The position numbers and the translations under genes were made by a program. DNA of 36,526 bases from NCBI GenBank assembly GCA_036338695.1, contig JAYZBQ010000075.1, forward strand, positions 1 to 36,526, in the 5' to 3' direction. This DNA is from Myxococcota bacterium. GTDB taxonomy: Bacteria > Myxococcota > UBA4151. A model generated the notes under the pieces. That model did not search any database. It was not told the DNA's origin and was given only the letters and a program-made list of their open reading frames with translations. Below are positions 18,324-25,596 of the stretch, one piece after another. How positions within the stretch are numbered: the stretch's first letter is position 1; each line of letters begins with the position of its first letter.

Positions 18324-18861
18324 GGTCACCCTCCTCTCGGCGTCGACCGCCCAGCAACAACAAGACGCCGATGCACGCCGTCAAGACCACCGTGGTCTCG
18401 CCCAGTGTATCGAACCCTCGATAACTTGCGAGCAGTGAGGTCACCATATTGGGCACATCGATCTCAACCAGCGAGGTCTCAACGTATCGCTTGGCGACGG
18501 CTTCGTGCGTGTGCACCGGCGCCGTGGGATCCCCATAACCGGGCATATCGGTCGTACCGTAAATCAACAGAGCGCCCGTCAGCACTGCGATGATCAGGGC
18601 GCCGTAGTTCGTCGGGCGCTCCTTCTCTTGACTCGTCGTCATGCTGAGGGCGGCGAGCATGAGCACGGTCGAGACCCCGGCACCCACCGCCGCCTCGGTA
18701 AAGGCGACATCGACCGCGTCCATCACCGTAAACAACCCGGCGCAAAGTAAACTAAAGATCCCAGACAGCATCACGGCCGTGAACAGGTCACGCGCACGGA
18801 TGATCACCAAGGAGATCACCACGAGAAACACGAGCAGCGCGATGTTGATGAGCTCAGGCAT
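18310..18861 (-). CDS. Mrp/Mnh subunit B-related protein (DUF4040; equivalent to MrpA C-terminal part)
   Basis: DAVDVAFTEAAVGAG, PNMVTSLLASYRGFDTLGETTVV. ATG 18861 preceded by GAGGAGG and overlapping the mrpG stop. Confidence 0.88.
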   Translation of the reverse strand: MPELINIALLVFLVVISLVIIRARDLFTAVMLSGIFSLLCAGLFTVMDAVDVAFTEAAVGAGVSTVLMLAALSMTTSQEKERPTNYGALIIAVLTGALLIYGTTDMPGYGDPTAPVHTHEAVAKRYVETSLVEIDVPNMVTSLLASYRGFDTLGETTVVLTACIGVLLLLGGRRREEGDHEGS

Positions 18862-19177
18862 CCGTGACCTCCTCACCGTCCACCTGTGCCTCCAAGCCGT
18901 GATCATAGGCGGCCCGCGCAATGGCGTGTCCGGCGACCGGGCTCGTAAACAGGAGGAACAACAAGATCAGGGTGAGCCGCGCCAAGTTGAGCTCAAAGCC
19001 CGTCTGAAGCATGAGGCCTGCGATCAAAAGGATCGAGCCGAGCGTGTCGGTCATCCCGGCGGCGTGACAGCGAGCGTAGAAGTCGGGGAACCGAAGCAAG
19101 CCGATCCCGCCCATCAGACAAAAGAACAAGCCTCCGCCGATACAGCCCCAGCTGAGGATATCGAGCACGGCCTCCAT
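18854..19177 (-). CDS. mrpG: Mrp/Mnh antiporter subunit G
   Basis: GGIGLLRFPDFYARCHAAGMTDTLG, FTSPVAGHAIARAA. Confidence 0.93.
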   Translation of the reverse strand: MEAVLDILSWGCIGGGLFFCLMGGIGLLRFPDFYARCHAAGMTDTLGSILLIAGLMLQTGFELNLARLTLILLFLLFTSPVAGHAIARAAYDHGLEAQVDGEEVTDA

Positions 19178-19455
19178 CAGTCCTTCTCCGCGGGACCGGC
19201 CTGCGCCAGGTCACCATACTTGATGAACTTGAGGATGGCGAAGGTCCCGATAAAGTTGATCAGCACGTAGATCATCGCCAGATCGAGAAAATCAGGGCGC
19301 TCGGTCAAAAATCCGAGTACAGCGATCAACAGTACGGTCTTGGTGCCCATGTTGTTGACGGCGAGGATACGATCGAAGACGGTCGGCCCCTTCGCCGCAC
19401 GTACCAGCGCGAGCGCCATGCACACCAAGACCCCCACCGAGGCGACGACGAACAT
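19177..19455 (-). CDS. mrpF: Mrp/Mnh antiporter subunit F
   Basis: ATG 19455 overlaps the mrpE stop (TAATG). RAAKGPTVFDRILAVN, FLDLAMIYVLINFIGT. The ORF-track extension to 19722 overlaps mrpE and is unlikely. Confidence 0.92.
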   Translation of the reverse strand: MFVVASVGVLVCMALALVRAAKGPTVFDRILAVNNMGTKTVLLIAVLGFLTERPDFLDLAMIYVLINFIGTFAILKFIKYGDLAQAGPAEKD

Positions 19456-19925
19456 TAACCCTGACCCTCCAAAACGCAGACCCGCTGCGCCATGGCGCCG
19501 CTCGCTAGGTCCTCGCCCACCTCGCGATGGATGGTGTGGACAAGCAGCTCGTCGCCCTCGAGGACGATCGACGTCGTTCCCGGCGTGAGCGTGATGGAAT
19601 TGGCGTAGATAACTCGACCGAGCGCCGTCTTCTGCGGCGCCTTGATCCGAACCCAGCAGGGGCTGATGTTCCCCGTGAGCACACGCTTGCTCACGTCGAC
19701 GTTCGACAGCACGATCTGCCACAGCAGCCAGGGCGCATAGGTGCCATGGGCCAGCGCGAGATGCGCTGGGTGCCCCTCATCGTCAACGATCTTCATTCGG
19801 TGTGCCAGCCAGACGCACAGGACCACCGAGGCGACCCCAAAGCTGGTGATCATCACGGTGTAGTGCCCCGACCAGAGCAGCCACAGACCAAAGAGGGATA
19901 GGGTCAAGCTGACCGTCTTCTTCAC
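19455..19925 (-). CDS. mrpE: Mrp/Mnh antiporter subunit E
   Basis: WLLWSGHY, PWLLWQIVLSNVDV, YANSITLTPGT, LLVHTI. Start GTG 19925 (alternative 19943). Confidence 0.92.
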   Translation of the reverse strand: MKKTVSLTLSLFGLWLLWSGHYTVMITSFGVASVVLCVWLAHRMKIVDDEGHPAHLALAHGTYAPWLLWQIVLSNVDVSKRVLTGNISPCWVRIKAPQKTALGRVIYANSITLTPGTTSIVLEGDELLVHTIHREVGEDLASGAMAQRVCVLEGQG

Positions 19926-20020
19926 ACACCACCACGTCGCCACAAAGGCGGAAGTCGTGGAATACTGAAGGCGGCGCCCTCCTTTGACAAGGTAGCGCCT
20001 TCCTTTTTGTAGGACGAACC

Positions 20021-22660
20021 CTAGCTCAGCTGCGCTCGGAGGGCCTCCGGCAGCGCCTCGAGCGCCGCCGACAAGCCGTCCGGGTGCCCCCCGCCAGCCT
20101 GCGCCATGTCCGGCCGCCCACCGCCGCCCCCGCGGATATGCGTTGCGAGCGCCTTGACCAGCTGACCAGCGTGGACCTGCGCCCCCGCCTCGCCGCTCAC
20201 GACCACTTGAAGAAAGGCTTTCGGGCCATGGGCGCTACCCAGCACGATCACGCCATCAGACAGCTGATCGCGTAGTTTCTCAGCCAATTCTTTGAGGTCG
20301 CTGGGCTTGGCATCAGGGACCACGGCGCTCAAGGTCTGCAACCCCTCGCACTCGACGACCTGACCAAGCAGGTCCGCGCTCTGGCTTGCGGCGAGCTGAC
20401 TCCTCAGCTCGCTCAGCTCCGCCTCCGTGTCCTTGAGGCGAGCTTGCATCCCCTGAATGCGCTCACCCAGCTGCGCGGGGCTTGTCTTGAGCAAGGCCGC
20501 CGTGCGGACGGCGCGCTCGTGGTCGTCGTGAACGGTTGCCAGCGCCGCCAACCCAGTGACCGCCTCGATGCGGCGCACACCCGCCGCAAGCGCGCCCTCG
20601 CTGACGATCCGAAAAAATCCGATGTCGCCTGCACGCTCAACGTGCGTGCCGCCGCAGAGCTCAAAACTATCGGCGCCGATCCGGACCGTGCGCACGCGCT
20701 CATCGTACTTCTCACCAAACATCGCCATGGCGCCCGCATCTTTCGCTTCGTCGAGGTCCATGAGAACGGTCTCCACCGCTGCGTTTTCACACACCCACGA
20801 GTTCACATGGCGCTCGACCTGTTGGAGCTCGTCAGGCGTCACCGCCGAGAAGTGCGTAAAGTCGAACCGCAGCCGGTCAGGATGGACCGCCGAGCCCGCT
20901 TGTTTGCAGTGCTCGCCGAGCACTTCTTGCAGCGCGGAGTGGAGCAAGTGTGTGGCGCTGTGATGCGCCCGAATCGCACGACGTCGTGCCCCATCGACCC
21001 GCTGCTCAACGACCTGCCCGACCGCGAGCGCCCCCTCCTTGACCTCGACCTCCAGCGTGTGGAGCCCCTCGTGCTTTCCCGTGTGCGCGACATCCGCTGC
21101 GCCACCGGTCCAAGCGAGCGCGCCGGCGTCACCGATTTGTCCACCGCTCTCCCCATAAAAGGGGGTGGAGCGCAGCACCGCCACAGCGCGTGAACCGCTC
21201 GTGACACGCCCGACACAGACGCCGTCAGCCACCAACGCGAGGACCTCACTGCTCCCCTCGAGCCCCTGGGAGTCCGCCGTGGGATACCCCGTGAACTCCG
21301 TTGCGCCGAACTCGCCAGCGAGCTGGTGGTAGACCCTCTCCGTCCCTGCAACCCCGAGCTCGCCGCGGCTGCGCTGGCGCTGCGCCGCCATCGCCGCCTC
21401 AAAGCCCTCTTCGTCCACGGCAAACCCCTGCTCCGACATGATCAGGCGGGTCAGGTCGATCGGGAAACCGTAGGTGTCGTAGAGCATGAAAGCGGTCTCG
21501 CCCTCGAGCGCGCCGCCGGGCTCGAGCTGAGCGATCGACTCTTGAAGAAGGCCTAAGCCGCGACCGAGCGTACGCCGAAAGGCGGTCTCTTCGTTGTCGG
21601 CGACTTTCAGAATCAGCTGCCGTGCGTCGGCTAGGTCCGGGTAGGCTGCTTGCATCCGAGCGATCACGCGCTCGCAAGCCGTCGCAAAAAAGTTCTCGTC
21701 GAAGCCCAGCGTCCGACCCTGCCGGATCGCCCGGCGCATGATGCGCCGAAGCACATAACCACGCCCCATATTCGATGGCAGGACGCCGTCGGCGACCAAA
21801 AAGGTCGTCGCCCGAGCGTGATCCGCGACCACCCGCAACGCAACATCGGTCTCCGAGTCGCCGCGCCCGTACGTTAGCCCGGCTTCGGCCGCTGTCCCCT
21901 CAAGGATCGGCAGGAACAAGTCGGTGTGGTAGTTGCTCTCTTCGCCCACCAAAACAGCGGCGATCCGCTCCAGCCCCATGCCGGTGTCGATGCTCTTGGC
22001 GGCGAGCTCGCTGAGTGTGCCATCGGCGCTCCGCTCGTACTGCATGAACACGAGATTCCAGAGCTCGAGCAGACGCGTGTCATCGGCGAGCGGGTCCCCC
22101 GCTTCGCCCGGGCGGCGATCCCAATGGATCTCCGTGCACGGTCCGCACGGACCCGTATCGCCCATCGCCCAAAAATTATCGGCGTCGCCACAGCGCAAAA
22201 TGCGCTCTTCGGGGATCCCAACCTCGTCACGCCAGATCGCGTGCGCCTCGTCATCGCTGTCATGAATGGTGATCCAGAGTCGATCCTTAGGGAGCCCCAG
22301 CTCAGTCGTGAGAAACGCCCACGCCCAGGCGCACGCCTCGGACTTGAAGTAATCCCCAAAGCTGAAATTACCGAGCATCTCAAAGAAGGTGTGGTGCCGA
22401 GCCGTCACGCCGACGTTCTCGAGGTCGTTGTGCTTCCCCCCGGCTCGAACACACTTCTGCGACGAGGTCGCCCGCGCAGCAGGCCGTTTTTGACGGCCGG
22501 TAAAGATCTCCTTGAAGGGGACCATCCCGGCGTTGACGAAGAGCAAGGTCGCGTCACCCTGGGGAACCAACGGAGCCGAGCGCTCGAGCTTGTGCTCACG
22601 CGCAGCGAAGTAGTCTAGGAAGGCTTGACGCAGCTCATCGGCACCCATGGCTTTGATCAT
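20021..22660 (-). CDS. alaS: Alanine--tRNA ligase
   Basis: TLLFVNAGMVPFK, QKCVRAGGKHNDLENVG, RHHTFFEMLGNFSFGDYFK, IDTGMGLER, editing HHSATH...CGGTH, C-terminal GGGGGRPDMAQAGG. AAAGGAG RBS before ATG 22660. Confidence 0.98.
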   Translation of the reverse strand: MIKAMGADELRQAFLDYFAAREHKLERSAPLVPQGDATLLFVNAGMVPFKEIFTGRQKRPAARATSSQKCVRAGGKHNDLENVGVTARHHTFFEMLGNFSFGDYFKSEACAWAWAFLTTELGLPKDRLWITIHDSDDEAHAIWRDEVGIPEERILRCGDADNFWAMGDTGPCGPCTEIHWDRRPGEAGDPLADDTRLLELWNLVFMQYERSADGTLSELAAKSIDTGMGLERIAAVLVGEESNYHTDLFLPILEGTAAEAGLTYGRGDSETDVALRVVADHARATTFLVADGVLPSNMGRGYVLRRIMRRAIRQGRTLGFDENFFATACERVIARMQAAYPDLADARQLILKVADNEETAFRRTLGRGLGLLQESIAQLEPGGALEGETAFMLYDTYGFPIDLTRLIMSEQGFAVDEEGFEAAMAAQRQRSRGELGVAGTERVYHQLAGEFGATEFTGYPTADSQGLEGSSEVLALVADGVCVGRVTSGSRAVAVLRSTPFYGESGGQIGDAGALAWTGGAADVAHTGKHEGLHTLEVEVKEGALAVGQVVEQRVDGARRRAIRAHHSATHLLHSALQEVLGEHCKQAGSAVHPDRLRFDFTHFSAVTPDELQQVERHVNSWVCENAAVETVLMDLDEAKDAGAMAMFGEKYDERVRTVRIGADSFELCGGTHVERAGDIGFFRIVSEGALAAGVRRIEAVTGLAALATVHDDHERAVRTAALLKTSPAQLGERIQGMQARLKDTEAELSELRSQLAASQSADLLGQVVECEGLQTLSAVVPDAKPSDLKELAEKLRDQLSDGVIVLGSAHGPKAFLQVVVSGEAGAQVHAGQLVKALATHIRGGGGGRPDMAQAGGGHPDGLSAALEALPEALRAQLS

Positions 22661-22711
22661 GACGGCTCCTTTTGGTGGGTCACCCTTACGCCCAAAGTTC
22701 CGTTTACAAGA

Positions 22712-22750
22712 CAAAAAAGTGAGGCAGCGGGCGATCTGCCCGCTGCGCTC
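22712..22750 (-). terminator. Intrinsic terminator downstream of flagellin
   Basis: Perfect 9-bp stem GCAGCGGGC-AGATC-GCCCGCTGC (22724-22746), followed on the minus strand by CTCACTTTTTT. Confidence 0.75.
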
Positions 22751-22772
22751 CGTCCGTCGCTGTCCGGAGGCG

Positions 22773-23579
22773 CTAGCCGATGAGGCTGAGCGCCGCCTGC
22801 GGCTGTGCGTTCGCCTGAATCAGGATGGCGACGCTGCTCTGCTGCAAAATCGACTCGCGCGCTTGCGCTGAGAGCGCCTCCGCCATGTCGAGGTCGCGCA
22901 GCTGACTGTTCGCCGCCACGGTGTTCTCGACCGCCGATTCGATCGCATTGCCTGCCGAGCGTACCCGGTTGGCACCTGAGCCGATCTCACTGCGCGTCTC
23001 GGTGACCCGAGCCGCCGCCTCATCGATCGCTGCAAGGGCAGCCTGTGCGCCGGCTTGGGAGCCCACGCTGCTGGTCTCAACGCCCAGATCGGAGGCGCTC
23101 ACACCCTGCGAGGTCGTGACCTCAACCGGGACGCCCTCTGCGCCCACCTGGAACGTAAAGGTCTGTCCACCGTCGAGGAGCGCTCGATCATTAAACTCCG
23201 TGGACGAGGCGATGTCGTTGAGCTGGCTCTGCAGCCCCTCAAACTCGACCTGCGCCGCGGCACGGTCAGCGTCGGAGCGGGTGCTGTTCGCCGCCGATAC
23301 GGCGAGCTCTCGCATCCGCCCTAAGATGTCGGAGGCTTGCTCAGCGCCGGAGTCCGCCACCTGCAAGAGACTGTCCGCCTCATTGGCGTTCTGTCGGCTC
23401 ACCCGCAGGGCGGAGATCTGACTCTCCATCGCGCTCGAGATGGCGAGCGCCGCAGCGTCGTCCGCAGCCTTCGTGATCCGAGCGCCCGAGCTGATCTTGT
23501 CGAACAGCTGGTTCATGCGGTCCTGAGTCTGAGCGACTTGTTTCGAACTAAGGGCTGAAGCGGGGGACTGAATCTTCAT
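22773..23579 (-). CDS. fliC: Flagellin (minimal, 268 aa, D0/D1 only)
   Basis: ISSGARITKAADDAAALAIS, QNANEADSLLQVAD, LGRMRELAVSAAN, TEFND..LLDG, FQVGA, RSEIGSGANR, SQLRDLDMA, ILQQSSVAILIQANAQPQAALSLIG. Confidence 0.93.
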   Translation of the reverse strand: MKIQSPASALSSKQVAQTQDRMNQLFDKISSGARITKAADDAAALAISSAMESQISALRVSRQNANEADSLLQVADSGAEQASDILGRMRELAVSAANSTRSDADRAAAQVEFEGLQSQLNDIASSTEFNDRALLDGGQTFTFQVGAEGVPVEVTTSQGVSASDLGVETSSVGSQAGAQAALAAIDEAAARVTETRSEIGSGANRVRSAGNAIESAVENTVAANSQLRDLDMAEALSAQARESILQQSSVAILIQANAQPQAALSLIG

Positions 23580-23605
23580 GCCATCTTCCTTGTGGTCGGT
23601 TTGTC

Positions 23606-23664
23606 AGACCGCATCCGCGCGGTCTTCATCGGGCACATTCTATCACAGAGCGGACGCCTGTGAA
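23606..23664 (-). promoter_or_regulatory. Candidate flagellin promoter (TTCACA-N16-TAGAAT, extended TGn -10) with inverted repeat, plus 5'-UTR hairpin with GGA loop
   Basis: -35 at 23659-23664 and -10 at 23637-23642 (minus strand). TCACAG-N9-CTGTGA at 23643-23663. Hairpin AGACCGC-GCGGAT-GCGGTCT at 23606-23625. Confidence 0.5.
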
Positions 23665-23829
23665 AGACCAAAGCACCCAACCTTTGCTCTAGACGGAATG
23701 TGAGAGCGCTAGAGCACGTTAGATGGCACGCCTCGTTGCTGCGCAGCGCAAACTTCAAACCCTATGGGCAGACGCCCCGCTTTGCGATAGCCCCAACCCA
23801 CAACACCCTTACAAATCAGGAGCACGATC

Positions 23830-24588
23830 ATGCGTATCTCAGACCTCAAAGTCATCGTCACCGGCGGAGCGTCCGGCATGGGCCGAACCTTCTCGCTCGA
23901 GCTCGCCGCCGAAGGCGCACAGGTCGTCGCAGCCGACGTGAACACGGAGGCGCTTCAAGAGGTCACCGATGCGTCGAACGGAGCCGTCTTTGCCGTCGAG
24001 TGCAACGTCGCCGACGAAGCCAGCGTCGCCAACTTATTCGAGATGGCGTACAAGCACATGGGCGCAGTGAACGGCTTGGTCAACAACGCTGGGATCATCC
24101 GAGACGGGCTGCTCGTCAAGAAGGACCGCGAGACCGGTGCGATCTCCAATTTGAGCATGAAAAAGTGGCAGCAGGTGATCGACGTGAACCTGACCGGACC
24201 GTTCCTCTGCGCACGAGAGTTTGCGACCCTCGCTGCGCGCCACGGCGTGGCGCCAGCCTGCATGGTCAACATCAGCTCGATCAGCCGCAAGGGGAACCCT
24301 GGGCAGACCAACTACAGCGCCGCAAAGGCGGGGCTCGTCGCCATGACGAAGCTCTGGAGCCAGGAGCTCAGCCGCTACGGGATCCGAACCGGCGCCATCG
24401 CACCGGGGCCCGTCGACACGCCGATCCTCCTGCAGATGCCCGAGAAAGCACGCGAAGGGCTCAGTCGGATGGTCCCTGTCGGTCGCTTTGCCGACCCCAA
24501 AGAGGTGTATTCGGCGGTCAAGTTCATCTTTGAAAACGACTTCTTCACCGGTCGCTGTCTCGAGCTCGACGGTGGGATGAACATCTGA
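23830..24588 (+). CDS. SDR-family oxidoreductase (FabG-like)
   Basis: TGGASGMG, VNNAGIIRDGLL, NLTG, NISS, catalytic YSAAK, IAPG. CAGGAG RBS. Confidence 0.93.
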   Translation: MRISDLKVIVTGGASGMGRTFSLELAAEGAQVVAADVNTEALQEVTDASNGAVFAVECNVADEASVANLFEMAYKHMGAVNGLVNNAGIIRDGLLVKKDRETGAISNLSMKKWQQVIDVNLTGPFLCAREFATLAARHGVAPACMVNISSISRKGNPGQTNYSAAKAGLVAMTKLWSQELSRYGIRTGAIAPGPVDTPILLQMPEKAREGLSRMVPVGRFADPKEVYSAVKFIFENDFFTGRCLELDGGMNI

Positions 24589-24595
24589 TGCGCTG

Positions 24596-25153
24596 ATGTC
24601 CGGCCCGCTTCCCCCCCACGAACGCCAAGACCTGCTCGGACGGTTGATCCGCATCGATCGGGCGCTGTTTCGGGCGTGCACCGCTTACCGGCCGGCGCGC
24701 CTAACAAACCTCGTCGAGTGGATTACCGGGCTCGGAGACACACGCGCCTGGGTCGTTCTCGGCGTCGTGTGCATGTTCTCGGGTCCGGCCGGGCAGAAAC
24801 TCGCATGGATTATGGGCTTAGGCGGCATCCTTTCGGTGGCGTCGACCAACATTTTGAAATTCGCCGTACAGCGGCCGCGTCCGTTTGAGGCTGGGCTCGA
24901 CCGCCGGTTGATCGACGAGCCCTTCGGGAACTCCTTCCCGTCCGGACACAGTACGCAGGCGATGACGATCGTGACGGCGGTGGCCGTGGTCTACCCGAAC
25001 GTGGCTGCCCCTCTTTATTGCCTTGGGTTGGCGATTGCGCTGAGCCGGATCTATCTCGGCGTCCACTTTCCGTTTGATGTGCTCCTCGGCGTTGCGCTTG
25101 GCACGGCGCTCGGCCCCGTCGCGGTCGGCTTCGCCAACTTCATCGCCTACTGA
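24596..25153 (+). CDS. PAP2-family (undecaprenyl-diphosphatase-like) membrane phosphatase
   Basis: K-x6-RP (KFAVQRPRP), SFPSGHS, SRIYLGVHFPFDV. Confidence 0.92.
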   Translation: MSGPLPPHERQDLLGRLIRIDRALFRACTAYRPARLTNLVEWITGLGDTRAWVVLGVVCMFSGPAGQKLAWIMGLGGILSVASTNILKFAVQRPRPFEAGLDRRLIDEPFGNSFPSGHSTQAMTIVTAVAVVYPNVAAPLYCLGLAIALSRIYLGVHFPFDVLLGVALGTALGPVAVGFANFIAY

Positions 25154-25154
25154 G

Positions 25155-25589
25155 ATGGTCTTCGAGGGCGTGGACTTGGGGCCACACGGTCGAATCCCCG
25201 AGCGCGAGCTCAAGGAGACGGCGAGCCTGAGCGGTGGTCCCGGCGGCCAGCACGCAAACAAGACCGCCTCACGCGTCACGCTGATCTGGAGCCCGCTTGA
25301 GAGCGACGTGCTGAGCGCTGCGGCGCGCGCTCGGCTCCTAGAGCGCCTCGCACACCGGATCAGCCAACGCGGTGAGCTCGCCGTGCATGTCGACCATCAC
25401 CGCAGCCAGCACCAAAACCGGCTCGCCGCCCGCGCTCGATTAGGGCAGCTCATCATCGAGGCGCTCAAGCGCTCCAAGCGACGCCGAAAAACCCAACCGA
25501 GCCGTCGCTCGAAGGAACGTCGGCTCGAGGGGAAGCGCCAGCGCGCACAGACGAAGCAAGGGCGCAGGCGCCCGACGGACTCGGACTAG
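25155..25589 (+). CDS. arfB: Alternative ribosome-rescue peptidyl-tRNA hydrolase ArfB (YaeJ)
   Basis: SGGPGGQHANKTASRV (GGQ), RSQHQNR, basic tail RRKTQPSRRSKERRLEGKRQRAQTKQGRR. ATG 25155 directly after the PAP2 stop. Confidence 0.93.
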   Translation: MVFEGVDLGPHGRIPERELKETASLSGGPGGQHANKTASRVTLIWSPLESDVLSAAARARLLERLAHRISQRGELAVHVDHHRSQHQNRLAARARLGQLIIEALKRSKRRRKTQPSRRSKERRLEGKRQRAQTKQGRRRPTDSD

Positions 25590-25596
25590 CGCCCGA

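Noticed and set aside
12576..19925. Membrane-bound hydrogenase or complex I-like respiratory complex
   Set aside because: No NiFe large/small subunit, NuoH-like or Fe-S subunit genes flank the cluster, so it is called Mrp.
23626..23652. Sigma-28 promoter for flagellin (CCCGATGA resembles GCCGATAA)
   Set aside because: The position 15 nt upstream reads CGCT, not TAAA. The sigma70-like match is better.
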